Shown one piece after another: positions 53,952-64,000 of a DNA stretch of 64,000 bases (its first letter is position 1; every line of letters starts with the position of its first letter). Position numbers and translations under genes: made by a program. Under the pieces are notes generated by a model. That model had not been told where the DNA came from, made no database searches, and saw nothing but the letters and a program-made list of their open reading frames with translations. The stretch comes from Verrucomicrobiota bacterium (GTDB taxonomy: Bacteria; Verrucomicrobiota; Verrucomicrobiia; Limisphaerales; SIBH01): positions 1,529-65,528 of the forward strand of contig JBBRBM010000004.1 in NCBI GenBank assembly GCA_038205745.1, read 5' to 3'.

Positions 53952-55258
53952 AGACGAACCCGCAGAACCACGACGTTTTGATCATCGGTGCCGGCCCGGC
54001 TGGGAGCAGCGCCGCCGCGGTGCTCGCCCAGCATGGCCATCGCGTGCTGGTGCTCGAACGCGAGAAATTCCCGCGCTACCACATTGGTGAATCATTGCTC
54101 CCGTTCTGTTACGGGCCCCTGCAACGGCTCGGGCTGATCGACAAGCTGAAGGCGTCGCACTTCGTGAAGAAGTACAGCGTCCAGTTCGTGTCGCCGAACG
54201 GGAAGGCGTCGCAGCCGTTTTATTTCTTCAACCGCTACGATCGCGAGACCGTCGCGCAAACGTGGCAAATCCTGCGTTCCGAGTTTGATCAGTTGCTCAT
54301 GGAAAACGCGCGCGGTCGTGGCGCAGAGGTTCTGGAGCAAATCACCGTTTCGGAGTTGCTGCGGGAAGGCGAACGCGTCGTCGGTGTTCGCGCGCGGGAC
54401 AAGGATGGAGTCGAGCGCGAATTCCGCGCGCCAATGACTCTCGATTGCACCGGCAAGGAAGCTTTCTCCGCCACGCGCAACAACTGGCGTTCACGCGACC
54501 CGTTTCTGAACAAGGTCGCCGTATGGACTTACTACAAAGGGGCAAAGCGCGACGAAGGCATTGATGAAGGCACCACCACCGTCGCGATGGTGCCGGAGAA
54601 AGGCTGGTTCTGGTACATCCCGCAGCACGACGGCATGGTGAGCGTCGGCATTGTCGCGGAAGGCAAATATCTCGCGCGCGACGGCGTGAAGGACTTGAAG
54701 CAAATCTTCGATCGCGAAGTGAAGCAGAACCGGTGGGTGGAAGAACACCTCGCGTGCGGCCAACAGATCGGCGACTACCGCATCACGAGCGAGTATTCGT
54801 TCCACTCGCGCCACTGCGGCTGCGAAGGATTGTTGCTCGTGGGTGACGCGTTCTGTTTTCTCGATCCCGTCTTCAGCAGCGGTGTCATGCTGGCGCTCAA
54901 GAGCGGAGTGATGGCCGGAGATGCAGTCCATGCAGCGATCGTCGCCAAGGACTTCTCGTCCGAGCGTTTCACCGAATACGCGGCGCAGCTTCGCCAGGGA
55001 ATCGAGAACATGCGCAAGCTGGTGTATGCGTTCTACGACGAGAATTTTTCGTTCAAGAAGGTGATCGACAAATATCCAGAACTGGCCGGCGACATCACCG
55101 ATTGCCTGAGCGGCGATGTGAACAAAGATTTCTCACGGTTGTGGAACGCGATTCGCGAGTTTGCGCCCGTGCCGGATGATTTGCCTTACGGTGCGCCACA
55201 AAGTGGCCCCGGCATCCTGCCGGGTTCACGCGTGACAGAAAAAGCAGCAGCAGTGTGA
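53948..55258 (+). CDS. flavin-dependent halogenase-like FAD protein
   Basis: GAGPAGS, FPRYHIGESLLP, the WxWxIP signature (GWFWYIP), and FLDPVFSSGV. About the last 18 codons and the stop lie inside repeat R-B copy 3. Confidence 0.7.
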   Translation: MKTNPQNHDVLIIGAGPAGSSAAAVLAQHGHRVLVLEREKFPRYHIGESLLPFCYGPLQRLGLIDKLKASHFVKKYSVQFVSPNGKASQPFYFFNRYDRETVAQTWQILRSEFDQLLMENARGRGAEVLEQITVSELLREGERVVGVRARDKDGVEREFRAPMTLDCTGKEAFSATRNNWRSRDPFLNKVAVWTYYKGAKRDEGIDEGTTTVAMVPEKGWFWYIPQHDGMVSVGIVAEGKYLARDGVKDLKQIFDREVKQNRWVEEHLACGQQIGDYRITSEYSFHSRHCGCEGLLLVGDAFCFLDPVFSSGVMLALKSGVMAGDAVHAAIVAKDFSSERFTEYAAQLRQGIENMRKLVYAFYDENFSFKKVIDKYPELAGDITDCLSGDVNKDFSRLWNAIREFAPVPDDLPYGAPQSGPGILPGSRVTEKAAAV

Positions 55259-55304
55259 GGGATGGAATCTGGTGAGTTCCCACCCGGCAAGATGCCGGGG
55301 GCAC
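55203..55304. repeat. palindromic repeat family R-B copy 3
   Basis: GTGGCCCCGGCATCCTGCCGGG ... CCCGGCAAGATGCCGGGGGCAC. Confidence 0.75.
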
Positions 55305-55364
55305 GTGATGGCGGAAGCCGTTTTACTTGGAGACTCCGCGGCGCTGTCGTAGGATGCTCGACCG

Positions 55365-56312
55365 ATGGAAGCATTGCCAAAGCCGGATGTGATTCTCACT
55401 CACGAGAGTGATCTCGATGGATTTCTGTCCGGACTTCTTTTGCGCCGCCTGGCCAAAAACCTGTTCGGCCAGGACGTGCGACTCGAGGCGTATCATTACC
55501 AGGCGTGGAAGATGCGCGACCTGCGCGAACGCTCGGCATGGGTGACGGACTTCAGCTTCGATGCACGCCTGGACAAGCCGGACTGGGTCATCATCGATCA
55601 TCATCCGACCGACGTCGTGCCGCAGCATGCGAGGTTGATTCACGATTTGCACAAGTCCGCCGGCACTCTCTGCTACGAATTGTGCGGCGCGCATGGGATT
55701 CAATCACCGGCGCTCGATCGACTCGTGCAGTTGAACAATATTTCCGACCTGTTCCTCGATGATGATCCCGAGTTCGTCGTGGCCGGCGATTACGCGAACC
55801 TGGTGAAGACTTACAACTTCTGGAACCTGCACGCCGTCCTCGGCGGCGACGTGGAGAAGCTTGTGGATCATCCGCTCCTGGAAGTCATGGCCGTGAAGCG
55901 GCGCGTTGAAGATCCCATTGGCTTCGAGTGGAGCCGGCGCAACGTTGTGGAACTCAGCTCGACGGTGGGCTTCGTCGAGACGGTTGTCGGCAACACGAAT
56001 CTCATCGTGCATCAATTGCTCGATTCGAAAGCCACGCCGTATTCGGTGCTCATCACGCTCTTCAAGAAGGCCAACAACCAGATCATCGTGAGCTTGCGCA
56101 GCCGCAATGGCGAAGCGCTGAAGCTCGCCACGCTGTTGCAAGGCGGCGGCCACGCGAACGCCAGCGGCGCCGTGTTGCCGCGCTCGGTGCGCAATCTCGA
56201 CGACGCGATCGATTACATGAAGCGGGTGCTCAATCCCGGCAAGGCGGCATCAACAGCAGCCTTCAACAGCCTCGAAGGCGCGTTCGCCGCGCTGGAATTG
56301 CCGAAGCAGTAG
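55365..56312 (+). CDS. DHH/DHHA1 family phosphoesterase (NrnA-like)
   Basis: HESDLDG, IIDHHP, GGGHANASGA. Confidence 0.8.
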   Translation: MEALPKPDVILTHESDLDGFLSGLLLRRLAKNLFGQDVRLEAYHYQAWKMRDLRERSAWVTDFSFDARLDKPDWVIIDHHPTDVVPQHARLIHDLHKSAGTLCYELCGAHGIQSPALDRLVQLNNISDLFLDDDPEFVVAGDYANLVKTYNFWNLHAVLGGDVEKLVDHPLLEVMAVKRRVEDPIGFEWSRRNVVELSSTVGFVETVVGNTNLIVHQLLDSKATPYSVLITLFKKANNQIIVSLRSRNGEALKLATLLQGGGHANASGAVLPRSVRNLDDAIDYMKRVLNPGKAASTAAFNSLEGAFAALELPKQ

Positions 56313-56327
56313 CGTCCGCCGCTGAAC

Positions 56328-56416
56328 GTGCCCCCGGCGTCTCGCCGGGTGGGATCGTTGGCGGTCGAGCAGCACCACGGCTGCAACTCCGCAGCCCGGC
56401 AAGATGCCGGGGGCAC
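56328..56416. repeat. palindromic repeat family R-B copy 4 (intergenic, between convergent genes)
   Basis: GTGCCCCCGGCGTCTCGCCGGG ... CCCGGCAAGATGCCGGGGGCAC. Confidence 0.8.
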
Positions 56417-56418
56417 GC

Positions 56419-59400
56419 TTATGGCGTGATGCCGCGATAGAATCGGTTCGAGTAACTGCTGGTGTTCGGGTCGGTGATCAACACGGGCGAGACCGGACTC
56501 ACCACGTTCGTGAACGTCGCCCAATTCGTCAGGTTCGTGGATGCCTGAACTTGATAATTGAAATTGGGCGTCAGCGAAACGGTCATGCGGAACAGGCCGT
56601 TCGAATGATACATCGGCGCGATGAATTGGAGCGGGCCGCCCATTCCCGGCGGGCTGCCGGGCAAGCGATCCAGAAACGGCACCTGTTCCGGTGTGAACGC
56701 TTGATCGTAGAGGCGGATGCGCGCCACGGAGCCGGCGGAATTCTCCCCCGAATTGTCGATGAAGAAACGAATGCGGTTCGTGAGGCCGCTGATGACGAGG
56801 TACTGCGAATTATCCGGCGTCGCGAATTGCTGCACCCCGTTCACGTAGCCGCGCACGAAGTTCGTTTCGTCTCGCGTGAGCACCACTTGCACGTAGTTGC
56901 TCGCGGCGATGGATGGACTGGAAGCATTCGCCACGGGATAGAAATAGGTGCGTCCATCCAGAACGTATAAACCTCCTTCGCTCGCGGGATTCTTTGTGTC
57001 CACGACGCGGCGATAGCTGTTTGTCGCATCGAAACGGAACAACAGCACCATCGACCAGACATTGCTCGGGATGGTGTTCGTCGTCGGTTGAAGGAACACG
57101 CCGTTGCCGAGCGGGAAGCGATACACCGCGCGCGCGAAGCCATCGACGATTTCGCTCTGGAACGAATTGCCCGGAGCAACATTCTGCAAATCCGGCGGCG
57201 TGCCGACGGAGCTGGCGAGCGTGGTCTGGAAACGATAGTCCGCGTTTGGCAACGCCGGGTTTACGCCGAAGATTGCGTTCACGGTCTTGTTCGTCGTCAT
57301 CGTGACGTTGAGCGGCGTGTTGGTGCGAGTCGCGTCGCCGCTCCAGCCAAGGAACACGTAGCCGACGTCAGGCGCCGCATTCAGCGCCACAACGGTGCCA
57401 AGCGTGTATCGAGGTGTGCCGAGTGGATTGCTTGTGACCGTGCCGTGGGAATACACGAGTGTGAGCCGCGCCTTGAACGAAACTTTGTTCGTCGGATTGG
57501 TCGCGTCAGCATTTTCCTCGGCGTTCGTGATCCCGTCGCCATCGGGATCGCCTGCGCCGTTTTGCGAATAGGTGTTGCCGAAGTAAGTGAGTTCCCACGC
57601 GTCGGCCAAGCCGTCTCCGTCATTGTCGTCGGTCGCGGCGTTGCGCCCATCCATACGGAAGCTGAACGGTTGAGCGATGGCAGACGTGTTCGTGACGAGG
57701 AGGAAATACATGTAGTTCGGCTGCCAAGGCCAGTAGTTGGGCGTGCGGAGGTAAATGTTGAACGACGTGTTCTGCTGGCCGATCCAGTAGTTGTGGTTCG
57801 CGGTCGTCGGTGTGGGCGAGCTCCCCTGTTCGAGATAGAGATTCACCGCGTTGGAATGAATCGCCTTGTGAATCCAGCGATACGCATCCTCCGGAACGTC
57901 CACGCGGAATTTCATGGCGGTGAATGGCGGGATGACATTGGTGGTGAAACCGCCGTAGAACGGAATCAAGTTCGTGTAATTGATCTGCGGAGGATTCGTG
58001 CTCGAACTGACGGTGAAGGTCGCATCGCTCACCGCGCGAAAGCCGATGTAGTGGGGCGTGCCGGGGCGCACGGGCGGGTTGGTAAACGTGTACGTGCCCT
58101 GCGGATCGAAACTGGGATACGGCCCGTGGTTCTTCTGGTCGTTGTTCCAGTCGTGCGCATCACGCCCACATTATTCGTGGGCACCACGACGGCGTAGTAA
58201 TGGAAATTCCCCTGCTCAAGATCGATGCCTTGATCCAGCGGCAGCGCGATGCCATTTGTGTCCACGCCTGTATCGCCGAAGAGCGGCCCGGTGGGCGGCA
58301 ATCCCGGCGTGTTGACGGACTGGCCGATCATCGGCATCTGCCAGGCCATCCCTTCCAGCTTCAATCCGCTGCTCACGAGCCGGAAGCTGGTGGTTCCCTT
58401 CGCCTTCACTTCCACGAACCAGGTTCCAGGCGTGAGATAGGTGGGAACAATTACCGCTTCGCCCTGCGCATAAGGTGACGTGCCGCCATTATAGTTGTCA
58501 TCCGGCAGGATGTCCTTGCGCACGCGCACCGAAGGTGTGCCCGTCGTCTGTGAGAGATCGAGTTTCCAGCCGATTACCGGAGCGCCTTCGAAATTCGTCG
58601 GAACGATCACCCTGTAATAAGCGCGCGCCTGGTCCGCGAGCGTGTTGCTGGCGACATTCGAGAAGCCATTCGTGTTGAACACGGCGTCGAAGTAATAAGC
58701 GCCAACGTTCGGGAGATAGTCCTTCTGCACCATCATCAACGCGTCGCCCACGCCAGTCGCGAGGCGCACTTTCCAGCTCGGCATGTTGCTCGGGACATTG
58801 ACGGAATAAAAAGCGATGTCGCGGGCGGGCAGGCCCGTGTTCGTCGCCAGACCGCCGGCGAAAGGAATGTTCACGATCGGAATCGAAAGGTTCGTCCCGA
58901 TGCCGCGGCTGGCGAGCGTGTAGCTCAGCGGGGCCGCGCCACTCCCAGCGATCACGCCAATGTAGTAAAGGCCCGGCTCCAGCGGATTACCCATGCCCAG
59001 TTGCATGACATGGCCGTATTCGTTCGCGCCGTTCGTCCCGTTGAATCCAGTCCAGTCGTAGGTCGCACCAAACTGGTAGCCCGTGGGCCAATTTGGCGAA
59101 CTGTTGTAGTACCAGTAGCAACACGGATTATCGATGTGGGTGTAGAGCGCGTCCGGCAAGACCGCGCGGCGCACGCTCATGCGAGGATCACCACTGGTGA
59201 CGTTGGTCAGGCGCAAGTCCCAGCCGAAGGCGTTGCTCGGAACATTGATGATGAAATACTGCCAGTCGCTGGCGGCCTGGCCGGCGATGGGCACCGCTCC
59301 GCCATCAAACGCCACAGGAATGGTGCCGAGCGCGTGAACGCGCACCGTGTAGCTGGCGTTCGAGTAGCCGCTGACATACGCCGCTGCGCTCACGGTCAGG

Positions 59401-62155
59401 GTGTAAGGTCCGAGCGGCGGGTTCGCGATGTTGATCAGGCTGGCGTGTTGCCACTGTGCGGGCTGGCCGCCATCGCGTCCCGCGCTTTCGTATGGCGTCG
59501 GAATCTGCGAGTCATTGCGCAGCGTCATTTGCGGATTGCCGACGCGGTTCTCCAGACGCACTTCCAGACTCAACGTGCCGGGCGGGACATTGAACTGATA
59601 GATCCGTGACTCGGTCCCCTCCATGCCGTCGTTCTGCGTCAGGTCGGTGAAGCCGGAACTGTCCAAGGCAACGAGGTTCGTGATGCCGATCGTGCCGATG
59701 CTTCTGAACGTGAAGCCCGATCCGTTGGTGCCAATGCGGTCGCTGTAGTTGGGATTCTGCCCTTCACTGACGACGGCAAGATAGTAAGTGCCGGAAGCGA
59801 TATTCGACTGTCCGTTGTTTGGCAGCATGAGGTAGTGGTCGTTGCCCGGCTTCTGGAGTTTCTTGCCACCGGACAGTGAAGCGGGATGAAAATTGTAATA
59901 GGCGGCCACGTTGGGCAGGTGATCACGCTGCAACAGGAACAACGCTTCACCAGTCGTCGGCGTGAGTTGCATCTTCCAGCTCGCCATGTTCGTCGGCACG
60001 ACGATCCGGTAGTAGGCCACTTCGCGCGCCGCCAGGAAATTGGTTGAGACCGTTCCGTTGCTGAACGTGAGCGAGCCAATCGGAATGGAAAGGTTCGTCC
60101 CGATGCCCCTGCTGGCCAGCGTGTAACTCAACCCATTCGGATTTTCGCCGCCCGTGAAGACGCCGATGACGTAGCGCCCTGGCTCCAGCGGATCGCCCAT
60201 TCCCATCTGGAGAATGTGGCCGTATTCGTTCGTGCCCGTCGGGCCGTTGTAACCGGTCCAATCGTACGCCGCTCCACCTGATAGCCCGTCGGCCAGTTGG
60301 CCGCATAATTCCAGTTCCAATAGCAGCACGGATTGTCCACATGAGGGTAGAGAACATCCGGTGCCTTCTCGCGGCGAACAGGAGTACGGCGAGTTGCCGT
60401 AAACGGTCACATACCACGTGCCGTCGGTCAGCGTCGGCGGCACGAGCGTCACGCTGTCGGCGGTGATCGCGCTGTCCGAATAAGCCGCGTTCACGAATTC
60501 ATTCGGCACATCGTTCTGGCGCACGGCCACGTTCGCATCGCCGCTCGTCGGCGTGAGGTTCAGTTGCCACGCGATTTGTTGCACCGGCACCTGCACGCGA
60601 TACGTGACGTAGCCGTAGCTGTTCGCCGCGAGCGTGAAGTTGGTGTTCGAGTTGAACGCGAGATCGGTCACGACCTGTTGCCGTGAATCGAGATTAAAAT
60701 TCAAGCCCGGCGCGCCCACCACGCCGACGAAATACTGGTCGCCGATGTTGAGATACGTCGGCACGACAAGCATCTGTCCGTTCTGCTGCAAGTCGTAGTA
60801 GCCGCTGTTCACGGGATGCGGCGCGCCGGTTTTCTTGACGAGGATTTGATTCGGCAATCCATTGAGTCCAAGCCGCCACGCCAGGGTTCCGTTGCTGATC
60901 GTGGTCTTGAAGAAGCGCATGCTCTCCGCGCCCATGATGGAGTTCGTGCCGCTGCTCGCATCGGCAGCGAGCGCAGGCAACTGCTGCACGAAAGCCTCTC
61001 CGCTCACGAGATTCCACGCCGCGCCGGTCGTGGTCTGAAGCAGATAATACCAATCCTGCGCCGGCGAGAACTGTCCGTTCTGGGAGAGGCAGAAACCGTC
61101 CGAGCCAACTCGCGCCGAAGAGTAACTGAAATTCCCAGTCGTCGGTGGCGATCCGTAACGAATGTAAACGTCCGCCTCGTTCGTGCTCACATTCAACGCC
61201 GTGCGCCACACGCCCACGCTGGTGTTCAACGTCGTGATCTTGAAAATGTGCGGCCCGCCCAGCGCGTGCGGTGAATTCTTCACCACCGTGCCGGGATGCG
61301 TGACGCCGGGATCCCACGCCAGCACTTCGATCGGTTTGGATACCGTGATGACTGCCGAAGCCGCGTTGAACTGTTCATCCACCGCAGTCGCCGTGATCTG
61401 ATAACTGATGCCACTGTTCAGCGGCGGCAACACAACGCTGGCGGCGAGAGTCCCGCCACTTCGGTCACGCCACGGAACGTGTGCCACAACCCGAGCATGT
61501 GGCCCATCTCATGGCTGAAGCATTCGATGAAACTTCCCGTCGCACCGAACCGCGCCGGCGCCATCGAAAAATCCTGCAACATCATTCCGCCCGTGCTGGT
61601 CAGCGATGAGTTCTGCCACGGAAACGTCGCGATGCCGCAGTTGTTGAATGCCGCATACGCCGTCACGAACACATTGATCTGCGAGGCCGGGCTTTCCGCG
61701 AAGGCCGCCATCATCGCCGGCTCCGAGTTGCTCGGGCAATTGCGGTAGAGCGTGCTGTTGTTCGTGCGCGCGGTGTAAACGAAGTAAATCCGCGACGACG
61801 CGTAGTCCAAATTCAGCAGTGCCATCTGATTGGAAATCTCGGTCGAGGTTCCGGCGACGTTGCTGCCGTCGTTGTTCGCGAAAATCTGGAATCGCACCGG
61901 GATGATTTTGAACGGCGTGGCGCTGCTGGGGATTTTTCCGTCGCGCGTTCCCGAAGCGTCACACGGTCCATTCGTCGGACACGCGCCAGTCAGATCCATG
62001 CGCGCCTTGAACGCGGCGCCCTCGGGAGTTCGTTCCCAGTAATGCATCGTCCCGCAGAATTCCGGGAAGGGCGTGGTCGGCGGCGCTGCCGATGTTGAGA
62101 ACAAAACAAGTGACAGCAGGGCAATGGCAAAAGCCCAGGTGATAAAGACTTTCAT
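56419..62155 (-). pseudogene. giant secreted M43-type metalloprotease / multi-PPC-domain / LamG protein gene interrupted by frameshifts
   Basis: Three overlapping reading frames. 61418..62155: signal peptide plus HEMGHMLGLWHTF. 58029..61487: at least six pre-peptidase-C-terminal-like modules (..GDANVAVRQNDVP.., ..GDPRMSVRRAVLP..). 56419..58071: thrombospondin-type-3-like DGDG motifs, a LamG-like domain and a ..FYRGITP end. Extra compensating shifts lie near 60270-60283 and 60380-60392. Confidence 0.65.
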
Positions 62156-62245
62156 ACGTCGCGTTCCGGGTTGTCCAAGCTTCGAGGGCAATGCCTTCGA
62201 TAGCGGAAACAGCGGGGCTGATTCATACGCATTGTGTACAAACTT

Positions 62246-62415
62246 GTTCGGAGCGGCGCATCTTGAACGTACCGCCTCCTTTCGCTCCCTCACGGTCGCG
62301 GCTCTGCTCGGAGCGGCGCGAAGGTCCGGCAACAGGGCCGCGACCGTAAGGGAGCGATGGAATCTGAATGGAGCAGAATGGCGGTACGTTCAAGATGCGC
62401 CCTGTTCGGAGCGGC
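62246..62415. repeat. nested palindromic element R-I
   Basis: Outer arms GCGCATCTTGAACGTACCGCC / GGCGGTACGTTCAAGATGCGC. Inner arms CGCTCCCTCACGGTCGCGGC / GCCGCGACCGTAAGGGAGCG. Three direct copies of (G)TTCGGAGCGGCG. Confidence 0.8.
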
Positions 62416-62467
62416 GTCGTACTTTGCCCTTTTAACTTCCGCGGACTCGCCCGTACGCTCGCGCCAC

Positions 62468-63220
62468 ATGTCGAATGAAAGTTCAAACAACCGCGTGGAT
62501 GGCCGGCAGCTCGGCGATTTGCGCCCGCTGCATTTCAAAAATCACATCGCGCCCTATGCCACTGGCTCGACCTTGATCGAGTGGGGCAACACACGCGTGA
62601 TCTGCGGTGTGACCGTGGACGAATCCGTGCCGCGCTGGATGAAGGAACAAGGTGTGGTCGGCGGCTGGATCACGGCGGAGTATTCGATGCTGCCTTATTC
62701 GACGTTGCAGCGGAAACAGCGCGACATCTCGAAGGGCAAGATCGACGGCCGTTCGCAGGAGATTCAGCGGCTCATCGGCCGTTCCATGCGTGCGGCCATC
62801 AATCTGGAAAAGGTCGGCACGCGCACGATCTGGGTGGATTGCGATGTGTTGCAAGCCGACGGTGGCACGCGCACCGCGGCAATCACCGGCGCGTACGTGG
62901 CGCTCGCGCTCGCGGTCCGCAAACTCACGCACGAGGGAAAGCTCAACGAAAATCCGCTGCTCAGTCCCGTGGCCGCCGTGAGCGTCGGCATCGTGAACGG
63001 CCAACCGATGCTCGACTTGAATTACGTCGAGGACGTCGCCGCCGCGGTGGACATGAACCTGGTAATGAATGCCGCAGGCGAATTCATCGAAGTGCAGGGC
63101 ACGGGCGAGGAATCGACTTACTCGCGCGATCAACTCAACGCGTTGCTCGACATTGGCGCGAAAGGAATTCGCCAGTTGCTCGACGCACAAAACCGCGCCC
63201 TCGCTGACGCCGTCGTTTGA
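62468..63220 (+). CDS. rph: ribonuclease PH
   Basis: Start moved to MSNESSNNRVDGRQLGDLRP. Motifs DGRSQEIQRLIGRS and DCDVLQADGGTRTA. Confidence 0.9.
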   Translation: MSNESSNNRVDGRQLGDLRPLHFKNHIAPYATGSTLIEWGNTRVICGVTVDESVPRWMKEQGVVGGWITAEYSMLPYSTLQRKQRDISKGKIDGRSQEIQRLIGRSMRAAINLEKVGTRTIWVDCDVLQADGGTRTAAITGAYVALALAVRKLTHEGKLNENPLLSPVAAVSVGIVNGQPMLDLNYVEDVAAAVDMNLVMNAAGEFIEVQGTGEESTYSRDQLNALLDIGAKGIRQLLDAQNRALADAVV

Positions 63221-63834
63221 TGTCGCACACCAGTTTGTTTCTCCTCCGCCACGCCGAGGTGGAATCGAAGTATCAACGCGTCTTCGGTGGACGCATCGAC
63301 ATGGATCTTTCGCCGCGCGGCCACGAACAGGCCGACGCGCTCGCGCGCTACATCGCCCGGCACAAGTTCGACGCGGTTTACGCCAGCCCGATGAAGCGAG
63401 TGCAGCAAACGATGCGTCCGCTCGCAGCCCAATTCGCGCAACCTCCGACGGTCTGCGAGGAATTGCGCGAAGTGGATTTCGGCGACTGGACGGGAATGAG
63501 TTGGGACGAAGTTTTCTCGAAGTACCGCATCAGCGCGTTTCAGTGGCTCGACCAGATTGAAGCCGCAGGCATTCCCAATGGCGAATGCCGCAGCAAATTC
63601 GCGGCGCGCGTCGAGCCATGCCTGCGGAAAATTCTCGCCGAGCATCGCGGGCAATCAGTCGCCATCATCTGTCACGGCGGCGTGATCCGCATGATCCTTT
63701 CGTTGCTGCTCGATTTGCCGCTTTCGAAGATGGCGTCGTTTGAAATCGATTACGCGAGCGTCACGCGCGTGGACCTCGAACCACACAAGACCGAAGTGCA
63801 ATTTCTGAATCACGTTCCATGGCAGCACGAGTGA
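63217..63834 (+). CDS. histidine phosphatase (phosphoglycerate mutase-like) family protein
   Basis: LLRHAEVE (RHG-type motif) and ICHGGVIR. ATGA overlap with rph. Confidence 0.75.
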   Translation: MMSHTSLFLLRHAEVESKYQRVFGGRIDMDLSPRGHEQADALARYIARHKFDAVYASPMKRVQQTMRPLAAQFAQPPTVCEELREVDFGDWTGMSWDEVFSKYRISAFQWLDQIEAAGIPNGECRSKFAARVEPCLRKILAEHRGQSVAIICHGGVIRMILSLLLDLPLSKMASFEIDYASVTRVDLEPHKTEVQFLNHVPWQHE

Positions 63835-64000
63835 AGGAGCTTTGGCGCATCTCGATTGGCACGTCAGCGGAAGCTGAGGATGCCGTATGCGAGTTGCTCA
63901 CGAGTATCGCGGGATCGCAGGCGTCGGTTTACACGGACGCAGAGACGCGCGGGACGTTCGTGAGCGCGTTCGTGTCGAAGCTGACGAGTGCTCAGCGTGA
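63831..64000 (+). CDS. possible ribosomal protein L11 methyltransferase (PrmA-like), N-terminal fragment; 3' end outside window
   Basis: The GTG start overlaps the previous stop (GTGA). VKELWRISIGTSAEAEDAVCELL resembles PrmA N-termini. Only 56 codons are visible. Confidence 0.4.
   Translation, partial: MKELWRISIGTSAEAEDAVCELLTSIAGSQASVYTDAETRGTFVSAFVSKLTSAQR

Noticed and set aside
5649-56416. Possibility that the recurring short repeats form a CRISPR array.
   Set aside because: Copies are kilobases apart and lie inside or between unrelated genes. They are palindromic pairs rather than regularly spaced direct repeats with unique spacers. No cas genes are present.

Overview
GC-rich (roughly 60% by eye), gene-dense chromosomal segment. 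It most likely comes from a PVC-superphylum bacterium (Verrucomicrobiota or Planctomycetota). The evidence is two DUF1559-type pseudopilin-like genes (prepilin leader plus H-X9-DG), FG-GAP/VCBS proteins, giant secreted Ig/PPC/LamG proteins, and many short palindromic intergenic repeat families. The lineage call is an inference; no search was run. Recognisable housekeeping genes are fabD, argH, lysA, mutL, pyrF, lexA, gmhB and rph. There is also an ECF sigma/anti-sigma operon, an OmpR-type two-component system, a Ser/Thr kinase and a cNMP-gated histidine kinase. Most interesting observations: (1) A cobalamin riboswitch on the minus strand (about 36430-36711), with its own intrinsic terminator and a plausible promoter, controls a three-gene operon with no known B12 gene. 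The operon encodes two secreted proteins of unknown function and a DUF1559 pseudopilin-like protein whose N-terminus is fused in frame to a Cys-rich CWC-type domain. (2) A translationally coupled operon encodes a PQQ-like beta-propeller, a HemN-like radical SAM enzyme, a chorismate-lyase-fold (DUF98-like) protein and a flavin-dependent halogenase-like enzyme. (3) A type III PKS, methyltransferase and FAD oxidoreductase form an operon with overlapping stop/start codons. (4) At least ten families of short repeats are present, most of them palindromic. Several sit inside intact coding sequences without breaking the frame (M28 peptidase, histidine kinase, mutL), and some abut or supply gene ends. 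(5) A roughly 5.7 kb M43-protease/PPC/LamG gene is broken by at least four frameshifts, and a cytochrome c peroxidase gene is chimeric and truncated. (6) An AT-richer HNH endonuclease islet lies next to a small-protein/HNH two-gene module with a decayed duplicate of the small gene. No rRNA, tRNA, CRISPR array, transposase or integrase was recognised. All family calls come from motif recognition by eye. Many ORF-track starts were moved to downstream start codons that give signal peptides or canonical N-termini.
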